Shown: one piece after another, positions 1 through 6,668 of the stretch
Position numbering within the stretch: position 1 is the first letter of the stretch
Layout of the letters: the number at the start of each line of letters is the position of its first letter
Assembly: GCA_016926065.1 (NCBI GenBank)
Contig: JAFGPI010000117.1
Location: 1 to 10,847, forward strand
DNA length: 10,847 bases
Direction: 5' to 3'
DNA from: Candidatus Krumholzibacteriota bacterium
Lineage (GTDB): Bacteria > Krumholzibacteriota > Krumholzibacteriia > Krumholzibacteriales > Krumholzibacteriaceae
Notes under the pieces: generated by a model
The model's input: only the letters and a program-made list of their open reading frames with translations
What the model was told of the DNA's origin: nothing
Database searches by the model: none
Translations under genes and position numbers: made by a program

Positions 1-97
1 CGCGGTTCCTTTTCCTGTCTTTCTGCGCCCCGGCGGCCGCGGGCATTAAAACGGCGGCGATTGCCAGGATTATAGTCAGGCGGAATATCGATCTCAT
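1..97 (-). CDS. 5' end of a secreted or membrane protein that runs off the left edge. N-terminus is MRSIFRLTIILAIAAVLMPAAAGAQKDRKRNR..., a signal-peptide-like sequence with an AGA|Q cleavage-type site
   Basis: Manual translation of the minus strand. ATG is complement of 95-97, preceded by SD AAAGGAG with a 6-nt spacer (complement of 104-110). The frame is open from 97 down to position 1 and is shut upstream by an in-frame stop at 290-292. The sequence has an n-region Arg, a hydrophobic core and an AxA-type site. Not in the supplied ORF track because it is incomplete at the window edge. Confidence 0.5.
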   Translation of the reverse strand, partial: MRSIFRLTIILAIAAVLMPAAAGAQKDRKRNR

Positions 98-329
98 GAA
101 TGGCTCCTTTCCATGTATTCGTTCAATGCGATGCCTGGTCCCATATTCTCGCAGAGGGGATGCCGGTTGGCAAGCAGGAACATAGGCAAGCCGATTACGA
201 CCGAGAGGATGGGGGATAAGCCGGGGGATTCGGCCGCGAAGCTCCGGCATTGATCTCCCCCGGCCATCCGGGACACACCGATCCAACCTTTATCAGAAAA
301 CAACCACCCGCCCCGCCGGCCATTTGCGG

Positions 330-358
330 TTGACAGGAAAAATCGGGTTTCTTATCCT
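330..358 (+). promoter_or_regulatory. Possible sigma70-type promoter for the Fe-S oxidoreductase gene. TTGACA at 330-335, and only a weak -10 candidate (TTATCC near 352-357)
   Basis: Perfect -35 consensus hexamer in the 320-bp divergent intergenic region. The -10 match is poor and a second TTGACG at 365-370 also exists, so placement is uncertain. Confidence 0.2.
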
Positions 359-415
359 CCTGCATTGACGCGGGTGAACGGATTGTAGAAGAGTGGTATT
401 AGCTCTGGAGGTAGC

Positions 416-2386
416 ATGGTACAGGGTATAGTCTTGGGTGTTCTTTTCGTCGCCACTTTAATAGCGTTCGGTTTCATAGTACGAACGCTGATCCGGATCT
501 TGCTGCTGGGAAAACCTCAAGGCGGATTCCAGGATCACGGACGCAGGCTCTGGTCGGTTATCGTCTATGTCGCCGGACAGGCGAAAGTGCTCTCCCAGCT
601 GGCCGGCCTGGGACATTTCCTGATATTCTGGGGTTTCATCTTCATTACCCTGGGCACCCTCGAGCATATGCTCGGCATGATCATCCCCGGATTCAGCTAT
701 GCCGTCATATTCGGAGCGACGGTGGCCGGGGTGATCTCGCTGGTGCAGGATATTCTAGCCCTGCTGGTCCTCTTCGCCATCCTGGTCTCTTTCCACCGGC
801 GATTCATCCTCAAGCCGCTAAGGTTGAGGATAGATGATCCGGGGGCCAGGAACGAGGCGGTATTCATCCTGTCCCTGATCTTTATCCTTATCCTGCTCAT
901 GTTCTGCATAAAAGGGATCGGGATCATCAATGGAGAGATCGAGGGAGGGTACGCCCCGGTATCCAGGCTGGTGTCCGGACTGTTCGAGGAAAAGAATATC
1001 GATCTGCACCTGCTGGAATCCGTTCTCGCGTGGATTCATCATCTCATTATCTTCTTCTTTCTGCTGTACGTGCCCTTCTCCAAGCATATCCATATCCTGG
1101 GGGCCATACCGAACATCTACCTGCGCAACCTGGGCCCCGCCGGAACACTTTCGCGCATGGATTTCGAGGACGAATCGGCGGAGAAATTCGGGAACTCGGA
1201 GCTGCGCGATTTCACCTGGAAGCAGCTTCTGGACCTGTACGCCTGCACCGAATGCGGAAGGTGCCAGGCGGCCTGCCCGGCCTTTCTCACCGATAAGCCG
1301 CTCAGTCCCTTCCGGATGATTCACCGGATGAGAGGGCACCTGATGAGCGAGGGACGGGAATTGTTAAAGGCAAAAGAGGCCGAGGGAACCGCGATCATCC
1401 CCGGCACCATGACGGAGGATGAGATCTGGGCCTGCACCACCTGCGGCGCGTGTATGCAGGAATGCCCTCCCTTTATCGAGCACGTGCAGAAGATCGTCGA
1501 TCTGAGGCGGTACCTGGTGATGACGGAGAGCCGTTTCCCCTCGGAGATGCAGCCGGTTTTCAAAAATATGGAAGTCAATTACAATCCCTGGTCCCTGGGA
1601 TTTTCGGCCCGGGCCGACTGGGCCGAGGGTCTCGATATCCCCCTGGCGGCGGAAAAGAAGGAGTTCGATATCCTTTTCTGGGTAGGCTGCGCCGGTTCCT
1701 TCGATTCCCGGGGGCAGAACGTGAGCCGGGCGCTGGCCGGGCTGTTGAAAAAGGCGGGAGTCGATTTCGCCATCCTGGGAACGGAGGAAATGTGCTGCGG
1801 TGAAACCGCCCGCAGGATGGGGAACGAATATCTGGCCCAGACATTGATCGAGGCGAATATAGAGACGCTCAAGAAATATTCTTTCAACCGGATCCTCACT
1901 GCCTGCCCGCACGGATTGAACACCTTCCGGGTGGAGTATCCTCAATTCGGTTACCGGAAGCAGGTGGTGCATCATTCCGAGTTCCTCCTGGAACTGGTCG
2001 AGGCGGGGAGGCTGGAATTGGGATCGCGGGATAGTAAAAAGGTCGCCTATCACGATTCCTGCTACCTCGGCCGCTATAACGATATCCTGGCGCAACCCCG
2101 CGAACTGATCAGAAGGGTCGGGGGCATGAAGCTGAAGGAATTCGGGAGGAACCAGAAACGGTCCTTCTGCTGCGGTGCCGGGGGGGGACGGATGTGGATG
2201 GAGGAGGATATCGGAAAGCGAATCAACGAAGAGAGGGTGGATGAATCGCTCGGGCTCGGGGTCGAGGAAATATTCACCGCCTGTCCGTTCTGCCTGACGA
2301 TGTTCGAGGACGGATTCAAGGCGCGCGACGTGGACAAGATAAAGGTCCTGGATATCGCCGAGCTTATGGCCGAAGCCATTCGATAG
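416..2386 (+). CDS. Fused membrane cytochrome-b-like (NarI/DsrM/HdrE-type, 5-6 TM helices) plus HdrD/DsrK/GlpC-like iron-sulfur oxidoreductase with two CCG domains
   Basis: GGAGG at 407-411, 4 nt before ATG 416. The N-terminal ~230 aa are hydrophobic with several conserved His (HFLIFWGF, AWIHHLIIFFF, SKHIHILG). There are two 4Fe-4S ferredoxin motifs, CTECGRCQAACP and CTTCGACMQECP. Two CCG cysteine-rich domains follow: C-x-CCGETARRMG...ACPHG and SCYLG...FCCGAGGGRMW...ACPFC. Confidence 0.85.
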   Translation: MVQGIVLGVLFVATLIAFGFIVRTLIRILLLGKPQGGFQDHGRRLWSVIVYVAGQAKVLSQLAGLGHFLIFWGFIFITLGTLEHMLGMIIPGFSYAVIFGATVAGVISLVQDILALLVLFAILVSFHRRFILKPLRLRIDDPGARNEAVFILSLIFILILLMFCIKGIGIINGEIEGGYAPVSRLVSGLFEEKNIDLHLLESVLAWIHHLIIFFFLLYVPFSKHIHILGAIPNIYLRNLGPAGTLSRMDFEDESAEKFGNSELRDFTWKQLLDLYACTECGRCQAACPAFLTDKPLSPFRMIHRMRGHLMSEGRELLKAKEAEGTAIIPGTMTEDEIWACTTCGACMQECPPFIEHVQKIVDLRRYLVMTESRFPSEMQPVFKNMEVNYNPWSLGFSARADWAEGLDIPLAAEKKEFDILFWVGCAGSFDSRGQNVSRALAGLLKKAGVDFAILGTEEMCCGETARRMGNEYLAQTLIEANIETLKKYSFNRILTACPHGLNTFRVEYPQFGYRKQVVHHSEFLLELVEAGRLELGSRDSKKVAYHDSCYLGRYNDILAQPRELIRRVGGMKLKEFGRNQKRSFCCGAGGGRMWMEEDIGKRINEERVDESLGLGVEEIFTACPFCLTMFEDGFKARDVDKIKVLDIAELMAEAIR

Positions 2387-2498
2387 CCTAAATGAATTTC
2401 CCGCCTCTCAGGGTATCGTTCCGGGGATTGTCTCCACTTCACCGGCCGGCCCGGCGGCGGACGACATATGTATAGGATCTCCATTAAAAATAGGATGA

Positions 2499-2512
2499 AC
2501 CGGGAAGCCGGT
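2499..2512 (-). terminator. Candidate weak intrinsic terminator for the minus-strand operon. It is a 5-bp GC-rich stem (ACCGG/CCGGT) with a GAAG loop, followed on the minus-strand RNA by UCAUCCUAUUUUUAAU
   Basis: Hairpin seen 3 nt after the TAA stop (complement of 2515-2517) of the last operon gene. A U-rich run lies 7 nt after the stem. The stem is short, so confidence is low. Confidence 0.3.
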
Positions 2513-2514
2513 CC

Positions 2515-3357
2515 TTACACTCCCTTATCAACGGAGGAGGGCTCCGTCATGGTCTCGATGAGGCGGCTGGAGATATGAAAATCGCCCAGCAGGCTGGCCA
2601 GGGAGACCCCTTTGCGCAAGAAGGGAAATTCGATAAGCCGGGGAGGGGCGGCCGGCTCCAGCACCACGTTCTGTATTAAATCCCCGCACTGTTGAATGGC
2701 GTCGGGCAGGGTGGAGATGAATATGTAATCGATCAGGGAAACCGCGTCGGCGGCGTGCAGCACGCACCTCACCTGGTGACCGGGCTGGTTCAAGCGCGCT
2801 ATCCGGTAGGGAGGCTGCCTGCGGGTGAGCAGGTGGCCTACCTTGAGATTGGCCAGGGCGTTCCGGGAGTGGAAGGCCGGAACATAGATACGGAAGGCCC
2901 CGTAACTTTCTATCCTTTCCATCAGATGGTCGATCTCGCCACCGGAAGGGAGCAGCTTGGATTCTATCGTCTCATCGATGAGCCTGGTCCGTTTAACCTG
3001 GAAATCTATCCCCACCGTTTCCACGAAGGGTAATTCCGGTTCCGGCTTTTCCTTCTCCAGCCCGGTGGAGGCGATGATGCGGGTGGCGTCGGTCAGCCGG
3101 GTCAGGGAGCCGCGCATCAGGCTCCGGAGCTTGGCTCTATCTATTTCCACCACCCAGAAGGGAAGCCAGATCGTCTCTTCCGCCTCGCAGTCCGCTGCCT
3201 GGGCGCGGAAAACGGATACCGGGGCGAGTCCTTCCTCGGTTATGATCTGGTAGGAAAAACAGGTTCCGCATTGAAAGGTGACGAACTGTCCCCTAACCGG
3301 GAGTTCCGCTCCGCAGTTGATGCATTTCAGGGGACGCACCGTGATATCTCCGCTCAT
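2515..3357 (-). CDS. Soluble N-terminal zinc-ribbon protein (paralog D of the operon triplet), function unknown
   Basis: ATG directly abuts the stop of the upstream gene (TAG then ATG). SD GGAGGTGA sits 7 nt upstream inside the preceding gene. The N-terminus KCINCGAEL-x11-FQCGTCFS is a CxxC...CxxC zinc ribbon, then the WLPFWVVEIDRAKLRS motif shared with the two upstream genes. No TM segment. Confidence 0.7.
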   Translation of the reverse strand: MSGDITVRPLKCINCGAELPVRGQFVTFQCGTCFSYQIITEEGLAPVSVFRAQAADCEAEETIWLPFWVVEIDRAKLRSLMRGSLTRLTDATRIIASTGLEKEKPEPELPFVETVGIDFQVKRTRLIDETIESKLLPSGGEIDHLMERIESYGAFRIYVPAFHSRNALANLKVGHLLTRRQPPYRIARLNQPGHQVRCVLHAADAVSLIDYIFISTLPDAIQQCGDLIQNVVLEPAAPPRLIEFPFLRKGVSLASLLGDFHISSRLIETMTEPSSVDKGV

Positions 3358-4407
3358 CTACCATTCACCTCCGAACCAGTTCTCCAACCGGCAGGCCATC
3401 CACCGCAGGGGGGGGATGATCTCGCCGTTCTGAACCATGTCGAAAATATAAAGAGCCACCGCCGCTATCGGAACCAGGGGAAACCACGTCCCCGCCAGTA
3501 TCGCCCCCAGGGCCGGAACGAAAAAGAGAGAGCGGACGTTGATCTTTTTACGCAGCGGAAAGTCTCCCCGAATGACGTGGGCGTTGTTGCCGTCTATGGT
3601 GATGGAGTAGATTCTGCCTCCATGCCGGTAACGCAGTATGTACACCGGATAGTAATAGAGGGAGAGATCGTTGCCGAACAGCTTGAAGCGCTGACCGCGA
3701 ACCTTGGAGCCGGGGGGAAAGGTCAACCGGGAAAGATAATTGAATCCATCTTTTTCGGCGTTCTGCATCGGCTTCATGGCCAGGGCTATGGGGAGCTTCT
3801 TTTTCAGGTCGTGATTAAAGATATCCCAGTTGAGAAACTGGGTCTTCAGGGATATTCCCTGCAGGCCCAGATGGCGCAGCGCGCAGGCGGGGGTGCTCCA
3901 ATCGATCTCCTTGAAGATCAGCTTGGAGAAGGGATGATATTCCACCCGGTATGATTTCCGCACCTGGGGTCCGTCCGGTCCGGGAGCGACCACCTCGATC
4001 TCCCTTTTAAAGGCCTTTTCCCCGGCGGCCCATCCCACCAGCCGGCCGTGCATCCTCCAGAAGGGGACATGTATCAGCCGCAGGTCGAGAATGGAGGCGT
4101 GACGCGCCCTGATCCTCCCCTCGGTTTCGCGGGAGAGATAGTGCAGTGCCGCCAAACGGGCCTTTCCGGCGGTGATGGAGGGCTGTAGGATAAATGACCG
4201 GGCGCCCCGGGGCCGGTGGACGTAAAGGGCCGAATGGCAGTATTCGCAGCGCAGGCTCCGCTCTCCCTCGTGCAGGCGGAGGGAACCTCCACAGGTGGGG
4301 CAGCTGATACCGATCGTTTCGGATGATCCGCCGTTAAGGGTAGAGGCGGTGTCGTCCGCTTCCGGACCGATGGCTTCGGAAAGGGTGGTGGTCTCATTTC
4401 CGGCCAT
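3358..4407 (-). CDS. Zinc-ribbon protein with a C-terminal transmembrane anchor (paralog C), function unknown
   Basis: SD AAAGGA is 6 nt before ATG (complement of 4405-4407), which overlaps the upstream gene stop by 14 nt. The zinc ribbon is CPTCGGSL-x11-LRCEYCHS, followed by the IHVPFWRMHGRLVGW motif. The C-terminus is hydrophobic: LFFVPALGAILAGTWFPLVPIAAVALYIF. Confidence 0.7.
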   Translation of the reverse strand: MAGNETTTLSEAIGPEADDTASTLNGGSSETIGISCPTCGGSLRLHEGERSLRCEYCHSALYVHRPRGARSFILQPSITAGKARLAALHYLSRETEGRIRARHASILDLRLIHVPFWRMHGRLVGWAAGEKAFKREIEVVAPGPDGPQVRKSYRVEYHPFSKLIFKEIDWSTPACALRHLGLQGISLKTQFLNWDIFNHDLKKKLPIALAMKPMQNAEKDGFNYLSRLTFPPGSKVRGQRFKLFGNDLSLYYYPVYILRYRHGGRIYSITIDGNNAHVIRGDFPLRKKINVRSLFFVPALGAILAGTWFPLVPIAAVALYIFDMVQNGEIIPPLRWMACRLENWFGGEW

Positions 4408-5098
4408 GAGCTATCCTTTCGCGAACACTGTAGGCGGCAAAACCCAGGGAAGCGGCCGCCCCGATCACCAGGCAGCGTCCCACCCAGCCGTGATCCAATT
4501 TCCCCGCCAGCAGGTAAATGAGCAAAAGGGATAAAGCGGCCAGGATATTGGGGACGCTGAGGGGCGAGGGCCGGGGGGGAGGCAGCTCTTCCGCCTGGAT
4601 GTACAGGCTTTCTCCCAGCACCAATGCTTGCCAGTCCCTTCCGGCCGCCGTGTAGTTCAATCTATAAACCGGCAGGTGGAGCACCTTTTCGGTTTCCGCG
4701 GTAATATTATCGAAAGAAATTATCTTTTCCTCGCCAGCCAGGCTCTCGTCGAAGAAGCAATAATTTCCGGCGGGAGGAAAGGGAAGAGGCCCGGTGCGGT
4801 AAGTGATTCCCGGCGCCGGATAGGCCCTTACCCGTCCCTGCTCGTCCGGGCAGAGCAGATAGGGGAGATAAACAAATTCCACCTTTATGTCCCGGGGCCG
4901 GGCCAGCTTCTTGCCGGTCAGGAAAGATTGCAGGGCATACCGGGCGACCTTATCGTTTCGCTTATGCGGCAGGATCAGGTGCTCGGGTCCGCCTCCCTTT
5001 TCGATGGCCAGGGATGATCCGCAAAAGGAGCAGAAGAGCATCTTCTGCCCCGGGTATATCTCGTTGTCGCCGCCGCAGAGGCTGCATTTAACCTGCAT
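4394..5098 (-). CDS. Zinc-ribbon protein with two C-terminal TM helices (paralog B), function unknown
   Basis: SD AAGGAAG is 3-4 nt before ATG (complement of 5096-5098), which overlaps the SPFH gene stop by 11 nt. The N-terminus is [25 protein letters not shown], a CxxCGG...FCxxCGS zinc ribbon. The VYLPYLL motif follows. The C-terminal hydrophobic helices are [15 protein letters not shown] and [14 protein letters not shown]. Confidence 0.7.
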   Translation of the reverse strand: MQVKCSLCGGDNEIYPGQKMLFCSFCGSSLAIEKGGGPEHLILPHKRNDKVARYALQSFLTGKKLARPRDIKVEFVYLPYLLCPDEQGRVRAYPAPGITYRTGPLPFPPAGNYCFFDESLAGEEKIISFDNITAETEKVLHLPVYRLNYTAAGRDWQALVLGESLYIQAEELPPPRPSPLSVPNILAALSLLLIYLLAGKLDHGWVGRCLVIGAAASLGFAAYSVRERIAHGRK

Positions 5099-6245
5099 TG
5101 TCTTCCTTTTCCACCTTTTCGCCGCAGCCGGTGCAATATTTGGTTCCCGGGGGCAAAGTAGTCTGGCAATGCGGGCAGGTAAGCCCCGCCCCGAGTTTCT
5201 TGCCGCAGGCCGAGCAGAACTTCGCTTCCGGGGGCAACTCGGCCGCGCAGGACGGACAGCGGTTCATGGTGATCAGCTGGGTTCCGCAATTCTGGCAGAA
5301 ACGTGAATCGGCGATTACCTCGTTGTGGCACCGGGGACACCGGAGCATCTGCACGGTGGCGGTGGTCACGCCCGCTTGCCCCGTATCCACGCTGCGGGCC
5401 AGCATTCCCGGTATCATCATGCCCAGTCCGGCTCCCACTCCCACTCCCATTCCGCCGGCCGCGGCCGCGCCGGCCCCGCCTCCTCCGCCGGAAGAGGCGG
5501 CATCCCCCATGGCCTTGGCGGCCTTGAACTTGAAAAAATCGTCCAGGTTGCCGACCGCCTCCAGGCCGCTCCTTTCGTCGATCATCTTCTGGACCTCGGG
5601 AGGAGGAGTGATCGAGTTGATGAAGAAATCGCTCAACTCCATTCCGTACTTGGAAAAATCGCTTTTCAGGCGGTCCTTGATCTCGACGGCCAGTTCATCG
5701 TAGTACTGCGGCAGATCGAATATGGTATCCAGTTTCTCGCCGAACATATCGTTGATTCTGGCCACCACCACGTCCCGCAGGTATTCACCGATCATTTCGC
5801 TGGAATAAACGCCCTGGGTTCCCACCACCGTGTTGATGAAGAGCACCGGCTCGGTGATCTTGAAGGTGTAAATCCCGAAAGCCCGCAGCCTTACCAGGCC
5901 CAGCTTGCTGTCCTTGAAGGCCACCGGATCCTTGGTGCCCCACTTCTGGTTGAGGAACATCTTCATGTTGATGAAATAGACCTCCGCCCGGAAGGGGCTT
6001 TTAAATCCCCAGGGGAGGGCGAGGATTTTGGTCAGGATCGGCAGGTTCTTGGTGGTCAGGGTGTGCCTTCCGGCGCCGAAGATATCGAGCCCCTTGCCGT
6101 CCTTGAAAAACACGCTACATTGGTTATCGCGGACGATCAACTGGGCGCCCATTTTTATTTCCGCCGAACCCTCCTGGGGAATGCGGTGCGTGATCTCTTC
6201 TCCGCTTTCATCGAACCATTCCAGTACTTCCATGAATTGTGACAT
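5088..6245 (-). CDS. SPFH/Band-7 family protein (COG4260, 'virion core protein'-type SPFH, B. subtilis YdjI-like) with a Gly/Ala-rich linker and a C-terminal triple zinc ribbon
   Basis: SD AGGAGG (complement of 6250-6255) is 4 nt before the ATG. The N-terminus [45 protein letters not shown] and the [16 protein letters not shown] segment are characteristic of this SPFH subfamily. The linker is [27 protein letters not shown]. Three CPxC-x9-10-(F/Y)CxxCG repeats follow. Confidence 0.85.
   Translation of the reverse strand: MSQFMEVLEWFDESGEEITHRIPQEGSAEIKMGAQLIVRDNQCSVFFKDGKGLDIFGAGRHTLTTKNLPILTKILALPWGFKSPFRAEVYFINMKMFLNQKWGTKDPVAFKDSKLGLVRLRAFGIYTFKITEPVLFINTVVGTQGVYSSEMIGEYLRDVVVARINDMFGEKLDTIFDLPQYYDELAVEIKDRLKSDFSKYGMELSDFFINSITPPPEVQKMIDERSGLEAVGNLDDFFKFKAAKAMGDAASSGGGGGAGAAAAGGMGVGVGAGLGMMIPGMLARSVDTGQAGVTTATVQMLRCPRCHNEVIADSRFCQNCGTQLITMNRCPSCAAELPPEAKFCSACGKKLGAGLTCPHCQTTLPPGTKYCTGCGEKVEKEDNAG
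5091..5339 (-). other. Triple tandem zinc-ribbon tail of the SPFH protein
   Basis: [44 protein letters not shown] and [22 protein letters not shown] are three ~22-aa repeats, each with four Cys. Confidence 0.75.
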
Positions 6246-6511
6246 GCCGCCTCCTGTCGTTATAATTCCCGGCCGGGTATTATTACCAAATTAAGCAAAA
6301 TCTTGTGGTTGCGTGGAACCATAGGTAAACGTGCAAAGTGAATGCCAATCGATGCCGTTTGGGGGAGATGGCGGACCGGTCGGGCTTTCTCCCCGCCGCC
6401 GAACGGAACGGTTGCTATAAGATGTTTATATTCAACTACTTCCACCGGGAGGGCCAGCTGAGGACCGGGGGCGGCCCGGATCGGTCGTAGAGAGAAGATG
6501 TCGGTCCACCG

Positions 6512-6527
6512 GGGGACTTTTGTCCCC
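6512..6527. promoter_or_regulatory. Perfect inverted repeat GGGGAC-TTTT-GTCCCC in the divergent intergenic region, a candidate transcription-factor operator
   Basis: 16-bp palindrome seen directly, centred about 50 bp upstream of the predicted -35 of the plus-strand operon. It is not followed by a U-tract on either strand, so it is unlikely to be a terminator. Confidence 0.35.
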
Positions 6528-6577
6528 TCTCCCGCCGGCGCTGGTAAGTAATTATGCAATTCCCCCCTGCCGCGAAC

Positions 6578-6606
6578 TTGCAGGATACTGAAATTTCCTG
6601 TATAAG
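6578..6606 (+). promoter_or_regulatory. Sigma70-like promoter for the deacetylase-ligase-panD operon: TTGCAG, 17-nt spacer, TATAAG
   Basis: -35 TTGCAG at 6578-6583, exact 17-nt spacer, -10 TATAAG at 6601-6606. The TSS is predicted near 6613, giving a ~55-nt leader. Confidence 0.45.
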
Positions 6607-6668
6607 TATCATTTGCAGTGTTGCCGGATAGAAATTGGGGAGGAAAGGAAATGGCGGAGTAAAGACCG

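Noticed and set aside
94-303. A 69-aa minus-strand ORF in the track near the left edge
   Set aside because: It is in a different frame from the well-supported signal-peptide gene start at 97. It has no SD, its composition is odd, and it would sit across the putative promoter of the Fe-S gene.
818-2095. Several minus-strand ORFs (818-1339, 1364-2095, 1575-1923) and plus-frame ORFs (930-1319, 1450-1803) inside the Fe-S oxidoreductase gene
   Set aside because: All overlap a CDS with ferredoxin and CCG motifs. Their products are Arg/Pro/Gly-rich and carry no start context. These are GC-frame artefacts.
2440-2462. GC-rich self-complementary run CCGGCCGGCCCGGCGG downstream of the Fe-S oxidoreductase stop, as a possible terminator
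   Set aside because: Several alternative short CCGG pairings are possible, and no U-tract follows on the plus strand. A rho-independent terminator cannot be called with confidence.
3271-3954. A 227-aa plus-strand ORF antisense to zinc-ribbon protein C
   Set aside because: It has no SD and a low-complexity basic product. The operon on the opposite strand is tightly coupled and better supported.
5325-6242. A 305-aa plus-strand ORF overlapping the SPFH gene
   Set aside because: It is antisense to a confidently assigned SPFH CDS. Its translation is dominated by H, G and R repeats ([13 protein letters not shown]), which is the signature of reading the Gly/Ala-rich linker on the wrong strand.
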